A stretch of DNA of 35,246 nucleotides from Collinsella sp. GTDB taxonomy: Bacteria; Actinomycetota; Coriobacteriia; Coriobacteriales; Coriobacteriaceae. The stretch lies in NCBI GenBank assembly GCA_048181065.1, contig DBEYTJ010000160.1:1-35246 (forward strand). The letters are read 5' to 3'. The position numbers and the translations under genes are program-made. The stretch's first letter is position 1. Each line of letters opens with the position of its first letter. Below, in pieces: positions 1 to 9,090 of the stretch. The notes beneath the pieces are model-generated. The model made no database searches. It was not told where the DNA came from and saw nothing but the letters and a program-made list of their open reading frames with translations.

Positions 1-30
1 CGCCGGCCGGGCCATGTCGCGGCACCAAAA

Positions 31-150
31 AGCGCCCGTGCGCTCGATGGATTCGGATGCCCGACAGAGGCTCCTTATGGCTGCTTCCTTCCGGACCTGA
101 CCAGATTCGGAACATGTCGTCATCCGAACCCATCGAACGCACTAGGCGCT
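31..150 (-). ncRNA. ffs: Signal recognition particle RNA (small 4.5S type)
   Basis: Minus strand contains the conserved SRP core GGTCAGGTCCGGAAGGAAGCAGCC (79-102) inside a long hairpin closed by AGCGCC/GGCGCT, followed by a T-run; lies downstream of tadA, a common synteny. Confidence 0.93.
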
Positions 151-221
151 CGATATATCTTACCCGCTCCCGCCCGATGGGGCAAGGTAGCTAATTTGGG
201 ACGGGGCTTTTTTGACTACTT

Positions 222-2003
222 TTAGATGCGGCCAAGGTCGTAGGCTTGGGCGGCCGCTTCGCCGGCGCAGATGAGGTTGGTTGTGGCTTCCTGGGGATCG
301 AGCGCCAGCTCAAGGCCCATGGGCTTGCGGCAGACTGGCAAAACCAGGTCGACGCCCTGCCCATACACCGCATCCAGGTTGTCGGCACGACCGCCCACGA
401 CGGCGACCACCGGCTTGCTATATCGCTTCGCACGACGGGCCACGCCCACCGGCGCCTTACCGGCAGCGGATTGCTCGTCCATATTGCCCTCGCCCGTTAT
501 GACCAGGTCGACATCGCGCACGCGCTCGTCAAACCCAACGAGGTCGAGCACCGTCTCCACGCCCGAGCGCAGCTCCGCACCGAGCGCTAGCAGCGCGGCG
601 CCCAGGCCGCCGGCGGCGCCGGCGCCGGGCACACCGAGCACCGAGCCAAACGTCCGCGCACCCTCGGGCACGCGCAACAACCCCTGAGCCCGTGCCTCGG
701 CAATCGCCGTATCGAGCAGGCGACCGTAGCCGACCATCCAGCTGTCGTACCCGCGCAGCACCTCGGCATCACCCGTCGGCAAACCCTTCTGCCCACCAAA
801 CACCGCCAGTGCGCCTCGACGCCCCACGAGCGGATTCTCGACATCGGACAGCACGACGATGCGTGCGCCATTCAGCGCCCGAAGCGCCGGTGCCAAATCG
901 ATACTCGCCACGTGTTCAAGGCCCGCGAGCCCCGGCGCGATATCGCAGCCACGATCATCGACAAGACGCGCGCCCAGCGCTTGCAGCATGCCGGCGCCGC
1001 CGTCGTTGGTGGCGCTGCCGCCCAGTCCTATATATAGAGTCCTCGCCCCCGCGCGAACCGCACGAAGCATGAGCTCGCCCACGCCATAGGTCGAAGCCGC
1101 AAGCGCCGCCGATTCCGTGCAGGGCAAATACCCAATACCCGCCGCCTCGGCCATCTCAATTACAGCCGACTCGTGCTCGCCGTCCACCAGCATCCGGGCA
1201 GACACGCGGTCGCCCAAGGGGCCTGCGACTTCACATGCCGCGACCTCACCGCCGCACGCGGCAACGGCATCGAGCGTTCCCTCGCCGCCATCCGCCAGCG
1301 GCAGCGCGCTTACCTGGGCATCGGGCCACACGCGGCACACGCCCTCGGCAACTGCCGACTCTGCCTGCGAACTCGACACGCTGCCTTTAAAGGAGTCAAT
1401 CGCCAGCAGCGCACGGCGAGGCCGCCGCTGCACGGAGCCAAAGTTGAGCGTCTCGCCAGCGAGATCCCCAACACCCGCGAGCGCCTCGGCATGAGCGGCG
1501 TGCGCGTCAAGTTCGAGCCCTCGGCCGCAAGTGACGCCATCCGCACCGCGCAGGCCGGCAAAATAACCACTTAGCACCGCGCGGCACTCGTCTGCCAGCA
1601 CGCCGGCGGTCACATTAAACCGATGGTTCAGGCGCGAATCGGCATTGAGGTCATACAGCGAGCCCAGCGCACCCGCCTTGGCATCGGCCGCGCCGTACAC
1701 GCAGCGCCCCACGCGCGCGTTCACCATAAGCCCCGCGCACATGCAGCAGGGCTCGAGCGTCACGTAGACCGTGCAATCGGAAAGACGCCAGCGTCCAAGC
1801 GACTGAGCGGCGGCGCACAGGGCCGAAAACTCGGCATGCGCCGAAGGATTCTGGTCGAGCTCGCGGCGATTATGCGCCCGCGCGACAATCTCGCCGTCGC
1901 GCACCACTACGGCTCCGATGGGCACCTCGCCCACCGCAGCGGCGGCGCGCGCCTCGGCCAGCGCCTCGCGCATGAACTTCTCATCGATTTCGGTGATCGT
2001 CAT
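222..2003 (-). CDS. tadA: Fusion of tRNA adenosine(34) deaminase TadA (N-term) and GlxK-family glycerate kinase (C-term)
   Basis: N-term EVPIGAVVV, AHAE, TLEPCCMC, LNH; C-term IDSFKGS, ADGGEGT, GLGGSATNDGG, GAAGG, TGEG..D.QS..GK. Start set at ATG 2003 with GGGAAGG upstream (ORF start 2054 abuts the tRNA). Confidence 0.9.
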   Translation of the reverse strand: MTITEIDEKFMREALAEARAAAAVGEVPIGAVVVRDGEIVARAHNRRELDQNPSAHAEFSALCAAAQSLGRWRLSDCTVYVTLEPCCMCAGLMVNARVGRCVYGAADAKAGALGSLYDLNADSRLNHRFNVTAGVLADECRAVLSGYFAGLRGADGVTCGRGLELDAHAAHAEALAGVGDLAGETLNFGSVQRRPRRALLAIDSFKGSVSSSQAESAVAEGVCRVWPDAQVSALPLADGGEGTLDAVAACGGEVAACEVAGPLGDRVSARMLVDGEHESAVIEMAEAAGIGYLPCTESAALAASTYGVGELMLRAVRAGARTLYIGLGGSATNDGGAGMLQALGARLVDDRGCDIAPGLAGLEHVASIDLAPALRALNGARIVVLSDVENPLVGRRGALAVFGGQKGLPTGDAEVLRGYDSWMVGYGRLLDTAIAEARAQGLLRVPEGARTFGSVLGVPGAGAAGGLGAALLALGAELRSGVETVLDLVGFDERVRDVDLVITGEGNMDEQSAAGKAPVGVARRAKRYSKPVVAVVGGRADNLDAVYGQGVDLVLPVCRKPMGLELALDPQEATTNLICAGEAAAQAYDLGRI

Positions 2004-2054
2004 CGTTCGCCTTCCCTGTCGCAAATCCAAAACGATGCTATCATTACGACTCAC

Positions 2055-2144
2055 GGAGAGATGGCAGAGCGGTTGAATGCGGCGGTCTTGAAAACCGTTG
2101 AGCGCGAGAGCGTTCCGGGGGTTCGAATCCCCCTCTCTCCGCCA
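2055..2144 (+). tRNA. tRNA-Ser(TGA)
   Basis: GGAGAGA acceptor stem, anticodon loop CT-TGA-AA, long variable arm, GTTCGAATC T-loop, encoded CCA end. Confidence 0.96.
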
Positions 2145-2147
2145 CTC

Positions 2148-2732
2148 TTAGTGACCCACCGGCGTCATGGTCCGCTCGAACAGCGCATCGACCACGTCGG
2201 CGATTTCGGATCGGCGCTCTAGGACGTGGCCCGATTCCCACCACATGGTAAAAAGCCGAATAATGCCGCCGGCGACAAACTCAGACGTTGTCTCGAGCGA
2301 TACGGGCGCGAGCGCATCCTCGTCAAGCGCGCTCATCACGCGCCCGCGTATGGAGCGCGCGATGCGGTCGCAAATCATGCTGGTCAGCATACCCGACATG
2401 CTGATCGCCAAAATGTTATCCATGAGCTGCTCATGCGCCAGAATCAGATCCATGGCATCGGCGAACACCTCGTGGCGAAGCGCGCACACGTCCTCGGCGC
2501 CCTCCGCGCCATCCGCATCGGCCCGCTTTTGCGGCAGGCCCGACATGAGCTCATCGATATAGAAGGCAAAGTAATCGTTCTTGTCGCGGAAGTGCTTGTA
2601 GAACGTCGTCCGACGAATCATAGCGCGGTCACACAGCATGGCAACCGTCACATCCTCAAACCGATGCTCTTCGAGTAGCTCAGTAAAGGCCTCGAACAGG
2701 GCCCGATAGGTTTTCTTGATGCGAAGGTCCAT
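2148..2732 (-). CDS. TetR/AcrR family transcriptional regulator
   Basis: MDLRIKKT...VTVAMLCDRAMIRRTTFYKHF HTH; GAGGAGG RBS upstream of ATG 2732. Confidence 0.9.
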   Translation of the reverse strand: MDLRIKKTYRALFEAFTELLEEHRFEDVTVAMLCDRAMIRRTTFYKHFRDKNDYFAFYIDELMSGLPQKRADADGAEGAEDVCALRHEVFADAMDLILAHEQLMDNILAISMSGMLTSMICDRIARSIRGRVMSALDEDALAPVSLETTSEFVAGGIIRLFTMWWESGHVLERRSEIADVVDALFERTMTPVGH

Positions 2733-2945
2733 ATGCATCGCCCTCCTCAAGGAAAAGACAGCGCTCACTAATCTGTCGCATATCTTACACCTGTATCGTC
2801 CGCCCCCCTGGCGAATGGCCTCACCTTGGTGGAAACATAACGCTTACCGGAAAGTTCGGTATCGCCAAAGGTTGCGGGTATACTAGTAGCGTTACACCAA
2901 CGGCAGCCGGCGGAAGACGCCGCGGCCATTCGAAACGGAGACACC

Positions 2946-3497
2946 ATGATTCCCGTCATCATCGGTATCGTTGTTGTCGTTGTGATTGTCTGCGCCATCG
3001 CCGGCATCTACAACAACATGGTCACCAAGCGCAATCGCATCGATAACGCCTGGCAGAACATCGACACGCAGCTGCAGCGCCGCAACGACCTGATCCCTAA
3101 CCTGGTCGAGACCGTCAAGGGCTACGCCAAACACGAGCAAGACACACTTGCCGCCGTGGTCAACGCGCGCAACGCCGCCGTGAGCGCTACCACGCCCGAA
3201 GCCAAGATGGAAGCCGACAACGTGCTGACCGGCGCCCTGCGCCAGCTCTTCGCCGTGGCCGAGGCTTACCCCGATCTTAAGGCGAACACCAACTTTATGC
3301 AGCTCCAGGCCACGCTCGAAGACACCGAGAATAAGGTGAGCTACGCGCGCCAGAGCTACAACGACTGCGTGCTTAGCTACAACAACGCCATCCAGACCTT
3401 CCCGGCCGTCATCTTTGCCGGCATCTTCCAGTTTAAGGAGCGTCAGGGCTTCGAGGCCGCCGAAGCTGCCCGCCAGGCACCGACCGTCAAGTTCTAA
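2946..3497 (+). CDS. lemA: LemA family protein
   Basis: N-terminal TM, then YNNMV..RN...AW.NID.QLQRR.DLIPNLV, AEAYPDLKAN.NF. Confidence 0.93.
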   Translation: MIPVIIGIVVVVVIVCAIAGIYNNMVTKRNRIDNAWQNIDTQLQRRNDLIPNLVETVKGYAKHEQDTLAAVVNARNAAVSATTPEAKMEADNVLTGALRQLFAVAEAYPDLKANTNFMQLQATLEDTENKVSYARQSYNDCVLSYNNAIQTFPAVIFAGIFQFKERQGFEAAEAARQAPTVKF

Positions 3498-3533
3498 CAG
3501 ATCCGCAGCGTATCCTCAATCGGGTATATGCAT

Positions 3534-3572
3534 AAACCGCCCCGTCGAATGCATACTTCGACGGGGCGGTTT
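3534..3572 (+). terminator. Intrinsic terminator after lemA
   Basis: Perfect 16-bp inverted repeat AAACCGCCCCGTCGAA/TTCGACGGGGCGGTTT followed by T-rich tail. Confidence 0.8.
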
Positions 3573-3597
3573 CCTTTGTCGCAAAGGTCCCCCTCAA

Positions 3598-3810
3598 GGC
3601 GCCGTGCATTTTTGGGAGTATTCAGCATAACCAAGAGCTTCGGGCGCCACGATAAATGCCAAAGACCGCGAATATCCCTGCAAATCAAACGCTGTCAGCC
3701 CATAACCCCGCCCATCATTCGTAGAAAACATCGAGAAATCCCGAATTTGCGCCCGAGGTCGGTATGCAGGGGCCTTCGATTGCAGAATACTCGCAAAAAT
3801 GCACGTCGCC
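3598..3810. repeat. ~213-bp non-coding element with 30-bp terminal inverted repeats (MITE-like)
   Basis: GGCGCCGTGCATTTTTGGGAGTATTCAGCA (3598-3627) matches the reverse complement of 3781-3810 with 3 mismatches. Confidence 0.6.
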
Positions 3811-3915
3811 ACCACCCCCACATGGCGCGAACCAAAACAAAAGCGCGGCCAAAAGGCCACGCACCATCTTTAATTCAGATTAATTACTGTTCGTTGCGAC
3901 ATCGCCGAGCCCGCA

Positions 3916-4040
3916 GGGCGGAGAGCAAGTTCCCTCCCGGCGCACTCCGCAGGACGCAAGAAGCCCTCGCCGCACGAAGTGCGCAGCGAGGGCTTCTTGC
4001 ATGTCCGAGGACGCGCCGGGAGGGAACTTGCTCTCCGCCC
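3916..4040. repeat. 125-bp long palindrome downstream of ilvE
   Basis: Perfect 28-bp outer arms (3916-3943/4013-4040), perfect 15-bp inner arms (3956-3970/3986-4000), CGCAC-GAA-GTGCG apex. Confidence 0.85.
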
Positions 4041-4056
4041 GGGCAGGTAAGACGAA

Positions 4057-5109
4057 TTACGCCACGGTGTAAACCCAGTTGTGCTTATCCTCAACAGCAC
4101 CAGACTGGATGCCCGTCAGGGTCTCGCGGAGCTTCTTCATCACGGGGCCGATCTCGGTGTAGCCAGCCGGGAAGGTCACAGTCTCGTCGGCACCGTAGAC
4201 CTTGTTGTCGATCTCGCCGACCGGGGAGATAACGGCAGCGGTGCCGCACAAACCGCACTCGACAAAGGTGCCGGCCTTGACCTCGGCCCACTCGACGGGA
4301 CGCTGGTCGACGGTCATGCCCAGGTCCTGAGCAACCTGAACGAGCGAACGGCGGGTGATGGAGGGCAGGATGGAGTCGGTGTGCGACTGCGGGACGACAA
4401 GCGTGCCGTCCTCCTTCACGAACAGGACGTTGGCGCCACCGGTCTCCTCGACATAGGTGCGGGACTCGGAGTCGAGATACAGGTTCTCGGCATAGCCCTC
4501 GCGGTGAGCCTCCATCGTGGGCTTCAGGGACATGGCGTAGTTCAGGCCGGCCTTGATGTTGCCGGTGCCGTGCGGTGCGGCGCGGTCGTACTCGGAAACA
4601 CGCAGCTTGACAGGCTTGAGGCCACCCTTAAAGTACGGACCGACCGGGGTCACGAGAATGCGGAACGTGTACTCAGGAGCGGGAGCCACGCCGATCACGT
4701 CACCGGAGCCGATCATAAACGGACGCACGTACAGGGTTGCGCCGGAGCCGAAGGGCGGGACCCATGCGGCGTTGGCAGAGACGACCTGCTTGACGGCCTC
4801 GACAAACTTGTCCTTGGGGAACGGGGGCATCTCGAGGCGCTGGGCAGAGTTATACATACGCTCGGCGTTCATGTCGGGACGGAAGCAGACGATGCTGCCG
4901 TCCTCGGCGGTGTAGGCTTTCAGGCCCTCAAAGACCTCCTGACAGTAGTGGAAGATGCCGCCGCACTCGGAGACATGCAGGGTATGGTCGGTGGTCAGGC
5001 CGCCCTCGTCCCACTCGCCGTCCTTCCAATGGGCCTCGTAGCTGTAATCGGTCTTCATGTAGCCAAAGCCGAGGCTACCCCAATCGATACCCTTCTTCTC
5101 GACAGTCAT
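4057..5109 (-). CDS. ilvE: Branched-chain amino acid aminotransferase
   Basis: IDWGSLGFGY, HYCQEVFEGLKAY, LYVRP, K-AGLNYA, EETGGAN, ILPSITR, CGTAAVISPVG; AAGGAG RBS. Confidence 0.95.
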   Translation of the reverse strand: MTVEKKGIDWGSLGFGYMKTDYSYEAHWKDGEWDEGGLTTDHTLHVSECGGIFHYCQEVFEGLKAYTAEDGSIVCFRPDMNAERMYNSAQRLEMPPFPKDKFVEAVKQVVSANAAWVPPFGSGATLYVRPFMIGSGDVIGVAPAPEYTFRILVTPVGPYFKGGLKPVKLRVSEYDRAAPHGTGNIKAGLNYAMSLKPTMEAHREGYAENLYLDSESRTYVEETGGANVLFVKEDGTLVVPQSHTDSILPSITRRSLVQVAQDLGMTVDQRPVEWAEVKAGTFVECGLCGTAAVISPVGEIDNKVYGADETVTFPAGYTEIGPVMKKLRETLTGIQSGAVEDKHNWVYTVA

Positions 5110-5340
5110 ATGTCGCTCCTTACATACACGGTTGCATACTCGCGAACCCGCACGCAAGGACCGAAGCCGGCCGCGTCGCAACGTCGCATACCCGGAAGCG
5201 TAGAGCCGGGCCAGGACACGCGGGCAGCATCAAAGCCGATGGCACGTCGATTCGCATGCAGGTGATTGTACTCCCCGCACGCCTTGGATAAAACGCTTTT
5301 CTTTAACTAAGTAAAGTATTTTCATTTGCCTTCAACACAA

Positions 5341-5372
5341 AAGGCCCGCCATCGAATCCGATGACGGGCCTT
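5341..5372 (-). terminator. Intrinsic terminator after dedA-family gene
   Basis: AAGGCCCG.CATCG/CGATG.CGGGCCTT hairpin with T-tract on minus strand. Confidence 0.7.
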
Positions 5373-5400
5373 GGAATTAACGTCCGAAAACAAGCTCGGA

Positions 5401-6048
5401 CTAGGCGTTCTTTTTACCGAGCTTAGCCTTAACCAGACCGACCACGGTCGGGATGATCGACACGGCGACAATGCCGATGATCAGCAGCTCAAAGTGTTCC
5501 TGCACAAACGGAATGCCACCAAAGAAGTAACCCAGCAGCGTAAAGACCGTCGACCAGGTAATGCCACCCAACACGTTAAAGACGACAAAGTTGCGCCAAT
5601 GCATGCCGCCCATGCCGGCGATAAAAGGCACAAAGGTGCGGATGAACGGGAAGAAGCGGCCGAGGAAGATGGCCAGATGGCCCCACTTATCCAGGAAATC
5701 CTCGGACTTTTTGATGCGCTCGGGCGTCATGGCCTTTACCTTGCCCGAGGCGATGATCTTGCGGCCAAAGAAGTGGCCGATCATAAAGTTGCACTGATCG
5801 CCCAGGATGGCTGCGGCCCATGCGGTGGCCAGAAGCGCCACGATGTTAAAGCCGCCGTTATGAGCAAAGAAGCCCGAGGCAAACAGCAGCGAGTCGCCGG
5901 GAAGGAACGGGAAGAACACCACGCCCGTCTCAATGAAGATGATCAGGAACACGCAGCCGTAGGCCATAAGCGGGCCGGCGGCGATCCAGCTGGCGATCGC
6001 GGTGCGCGGGTCCTTAAGCAGCTCGGCGATAAAATTGATGAAACCCAT
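5401..6048 (-). CDS. DedA/VTT-domain membrane protein
   Basis: FIETGVVFFPFLPGDSLLFASG, AILGDQ, GRFFPFIRTFVPFIAG motifs. Confidence 0.93.
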   Translation of the reverse strand: MGFINFIAELLKDPRTAIASWIAAGPLMAYGCVFLIIFIETGVVFFPFLPGDSLLFASGFFAHNGGFNIVALLATAWAAAILGDQCNFMIGHFFGRKIIASGKVKAMTPERIKKSEDFLDKWGHLAIFLGRFFPFIRTFVPFIAGMGGMHWRNFVVFNVLGGITWSTVFTLLGYFFGGIPFVQEHFELLIIGIVAVSIIPTVVGLVKAKLGKKNA

Positions 6049-6272
6049 GAAGTAAAACCTCTCAGTTGTGGGCGCGGACACGTCCAAGTTGACCAGTATA
6101 CGGTTGCGATGCGAGCGCGGGCCAAACCCCTCAAAAGTCCTACTTCATTACCAGCAAGTTTGCATAACTGACACTTGTCGCCCAAAGCAAAGCAGGATTG
6201 CCCTTCCTAATCCCTAGCGAATCGCTATACTTTATTGAATCGCATTGTCACGGTGCTAAGGGAGGGCGGCCG

Positions 6273-6977
6273 ATGAGCTTTATCAACACCATTCGAGAGG
6301 ACATCAAGACCGTCCAGGCGCAAGACCCCGCTGCGCAAAACGGTCTGGTCATCTTCCTTTCCTACCCCGGCTTGCACGCCAAGTGGAATCATGTGCCCGA
6401 ACACTGGCTCTGGGAACACGGCCATCGATCTCTCGCCCGTGTGCTCTCGCAAATCACCCGCCACATCACCGGCGTCGAGATTCATCCCGCCGCGCAAATC
6501 GGCAAGCACTTCTTTATCGACCACGCCATGGGCGTCGTTATTGGCGAGACTGCCATCGTGGGCGACAACTGTGTGCTCTACCAGGGCGTCACGCTCGGCG
6601 GCACCGGCAACGAGACCGGCAAGCGCCACCCCACCCTGGGCAACAATGTCACGGTGGGCACGGGCGCCAAGGTGCTTGGCAACATCCACATCGGCAACAA
6701 CGTCAAAATCGGCGGCAACTCGGTCGTCGTCAAGGACGTGCCCGACAACTGCACCGTCGTGGGCGTGCCCGGGCGCATCATCAAGCGCAACGGCTGCCGC
6801 GTGTTCGAGGAGAGCTTCGACGCCAAGCAGCATCGCGAGTACATGCCCGACGATGCCGCCGAGCAGAGCGCCCTCAACCGTCAGGGCATCACCGAAAACG
6901 CCCGTCGCGTCAAGGAACTCGAGCAAGAGGTGGCCGAGCTCAAAGCCCTCGTCGCCAAGCTCGTGGACGAGCGCTAA
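6273..6977 (+). CDS. cysE: Serine O-acetyltransferase
   Basis: [42 protein letters not shown] hexapeptide repeats; GGAGGG RBS. Confidence 0.94.
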   Translation: MSFINTIREDIKTVQAQDPAAQNGLVIFLSYPGLHAKWNHVPEHWLWEHGHRSLARVLSQITRHITGVEIHPAAQIGKHFFIDHAMGVVIGETAIVGDNCVLYQGVTLGGTGNETGKRHPTLGNNVTVGTGAKVLGNIHIGNNVKIGGNSVVVKDVPDNCTVVGVPGRIIKRNGCRVFEESFDAKQHREYMPDDAAEQSALNRQGITENARRVKELEQEVAELKALVAKLVDER

Positions 6978-7013
6978 GGCCGCGGGCAGCCGCCACAGCA
7001 TGAACGCCAACAC

Positions 7014-7055
7014 AAAAGGCGCGCTGGGGAATCCGCCCCCGGCGCGCCTTCTTTT
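7014..7055. terminator. Bidirectional terminator between cysE and ABC exporter
   Basis: AAGGCGCGC...GCGCGCCTT hairpin with A- and T-tracts on the two sides. Confidence 0.75.
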
Positions 7056-7088
7056 CGATGTGGCATGCGGGACTGCCCCTTTGTCACC

Positions 7089-9089
7089 TTATGCGAACTG
7101 GCTTAGGTAGAGGTCGGCGTAAGCGCCCTCGGCAGCCAGCAGCTCCTTGTGCGTACCCTGCTCGATGATATTGCCGTGGTCCATGACCAGGATGAGATCG
7201 GCATCGACGATCGTCGACAGACGGTGCGCGATCACAAAGCTCGTGTGCCCGCGCATGAGCGCGTCCATAGCACGGCCGATGGCGAGCTCGGTGCGCGTGT
7301 CCACGCTCGACGTCGCCTCGTCCAGGATGAGGATCGCCGGGTTGTTGAGCAGCACGCGCGCGATGGTCAGCAGCTGACGTTGGCCCTGGCTGATGCTCTC
7401 GGCATCGTTAGCCACACGCGTGTCGTAGCCCTGCGGCATAGTGCGCACAAAGAAGTCGACCTGAGCGGCACGTGCGGCCGCGACAATCTCCTCGCGCGTT
7501 GCCTCGGGACAGCCATAGGCGATGTTCTCGGCAATGGTGCCATCGAACAGCCAGGCGTCCTGCAGCACCATGCCAAACTGCTGGCGCAGCTCGCCGCGGT
7601 CCATGCGGCTCGTGTCCACACCGTCAAGGGTAATGCGGCCACCGTCGATCTCGTAGAAGCGCATGAGCAGATTGATGAGCGTGGTCTTACCCGCACCCGT
7701 GGTTCCCACCACCGCGATCTTCTGACCCGGCTCGGCGGTAAACGACACGTCGCGCATAAGCGGCTTGTCGGGCGAATATCCAAAGCGCACGTGCTCAAAA
7801 GCGACACGGCCCTCCACCTCGCCTGGCAGCTTGGCGGCGGCCGCCGGCAACGGATCGGCTTCCATCTCGGGCTCGTCGAGCAGGTCGAACACGCGCTCGG
7901 CGCTCGCCAGCGCGCTCTGCAGCGAGTTAAAGGTAAACGACAGCTGCGTCATGGGCTCGGATGCCTCGTAGATAAACTGGAAGAACGCCTGGAACACGCC
8001 GACGGTCATATGCCCGGCAACCAACATGCTGCAGCCCACAAGCGCAATCACGATTTGCGCCAAGCGGCCGATAAAGCGCACTGCGGGACCGACGGCGTTA
8101 ATCATAAAGTCGGCCTTGGTGCTCACGCGCGCCAGCTCCTTCGAAGCCTCGTGCACCTCGGCAGAGCTCTGGCGCTCGCGGTTAAACGCACGGATTACCA
8201 GACGGCCCGAGTAGCCTTCCTCGACCGCGCTCGTAATCTTGGACACCCACTCCTGGCGCTCGCCCGTCACATCGTGCGTGCGGCGCGAAACGACCTTCGT
8301 CACCAGCAGCGAAAGCGCCGTAAAGAACAAAAATACAAGCGTGAGCGGCACACTAAACACGAACATCACGCTCACGGCGCCCACCACGGTACCGATCGAC
8401 ACCAGAAGCTGCAGCAAGCCGCGCTGCATGCTCTCGGACATCTTGTCCAAGTCGTTGGTCGCACGGCTGACGACCTCGCCGGGACGATGCGCATCAAAGT
8501 AGGCAAGCGGCAGACGGTTGAGCTTTTGCGCGATGCGGTTGCGTAGGCGCAGGTTGAGGCGCTCGGCAACGCTCGACATCAAAAAGCTCTGGAGTGCGTA
8601 GAACGAGGCGGCGGCGGTCCAGATCATAAAGTAGATGAAAATGGTCCTGCCGCAGTTCTCCCAGGTAATGCTGAAGGTAGCGTTGTTGGCAAACGCCAGC
8701 TTCATGTGCCCCCACAGCTCATCGATCACGCGGGCGCTGTAAGCCGGCGCCGCGGTGTTAAAGATGACATAGAACACGATGCTCGCGAACACGATATAGA
8801 AGCGCCAATGGTCGCCGGCGGCTTCGCTCCACAGGCGGCGCACCGTCGCCCAGGTGTCGCGGGGCGTCTCGTCCTCGTCCTCGTCGTCAACGTCGCGCAT
8901 GCGCTCCGCCTCGGCGCGGGCGCGCTCGTCCTCGGCGCGCTCGTTTTCCTCGTAGAGTGCTTGGCGGCGAGCCTCGCGCTCCGCCGCCTTGGCGGCTTCG
9001 TCCAGGTCGGGCGCGACGCCCGTCTCCTCGACTGTCTCTGCAACCGCGGCGCCATCGGCGACGCCCTGCTTCTTGAGCTCCTCGGTCAT
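7089..9089 (-). CDS. Heterodimeric ABC exporter subunit (TMD+NBD, consensus Walker B)
   Basis: TM domain, GTTGAGKT, ISQGQ, LILDEATS, IAHRL; long acidic N-terminal extension. Start could be GTG 9098. Confidence 0.93.
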   Translation of the reverse strand: MTEELKKQGVADGAAVAETVEETGVAPDLDEAAKAAEREARRQALYEENERAEDERARAEAERMRDVDDEDEDETPRDTWATVRRLWSEAAGDHWRFYIVFASIVFYVIFNTAAPAYSARVIDELWGHMKLAFANNATFSITWENCGRTIFIYFMIWTAAASFYALQSFLMSSVAERLNLRLRNRIAQKLNRLPLAYFDAHRPGEVVSRATNDLDKMSESMQRGLLQLLVSIGTVVGAVSVMFVFSVPLTLVFLFFTALSLLVTKVVSRRTHDVTGERQEWVSKITSAVEEGYSGRLVIRAFNRERQSSAEVHEASKELARVSTKADFMINAVGPAVRFIGRLAQIVIALVGCSMLVAGHMTVGVFQAFFQFIYEASEPMTQLSFTFNSLQSALASAERVFDLLDEPEMEADPLPAAAAKLPGEVEGRVAFEHVRFGYSPDKPLMRDVSFTAEPGQKIAVVGTTGAGKTTLINLLMRFYEIDGGRITLDGVDTSRMDRGELRQQFGMVLQDAWLFDGTIAENIAYGCPEATREEIVAAARAAQVDFFVRTMPQGYDTRVANDAESISQGQRQLLTIARVLLNNPAILILDEATSSVDTRTELAIGRAMDALMRGHTSFVIAHRLSTIVDADLILVMDHGNIIEQGTHKELLAAEGAYADLYLSQFA

Positions 9090-9090
9090 G

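Noticed and set aside
2055..4056. Genomic island integrated at tRNA-Ser
   Set aside because: No integrase and no duplicated tRNA 3' end seen in the window.
3528..4232. 234-aa Arg-rich ORF
   Set aside because: Runs through a terminator and two palindromic elements and overlaps ilvE; not protein-like.
5110..5260. T-box or attenuator peptide upstream of ilvE
   Set aside because: No AAGGTGGNACC T-box sequence and no Leu/Ile/Val-rich leader ORF.
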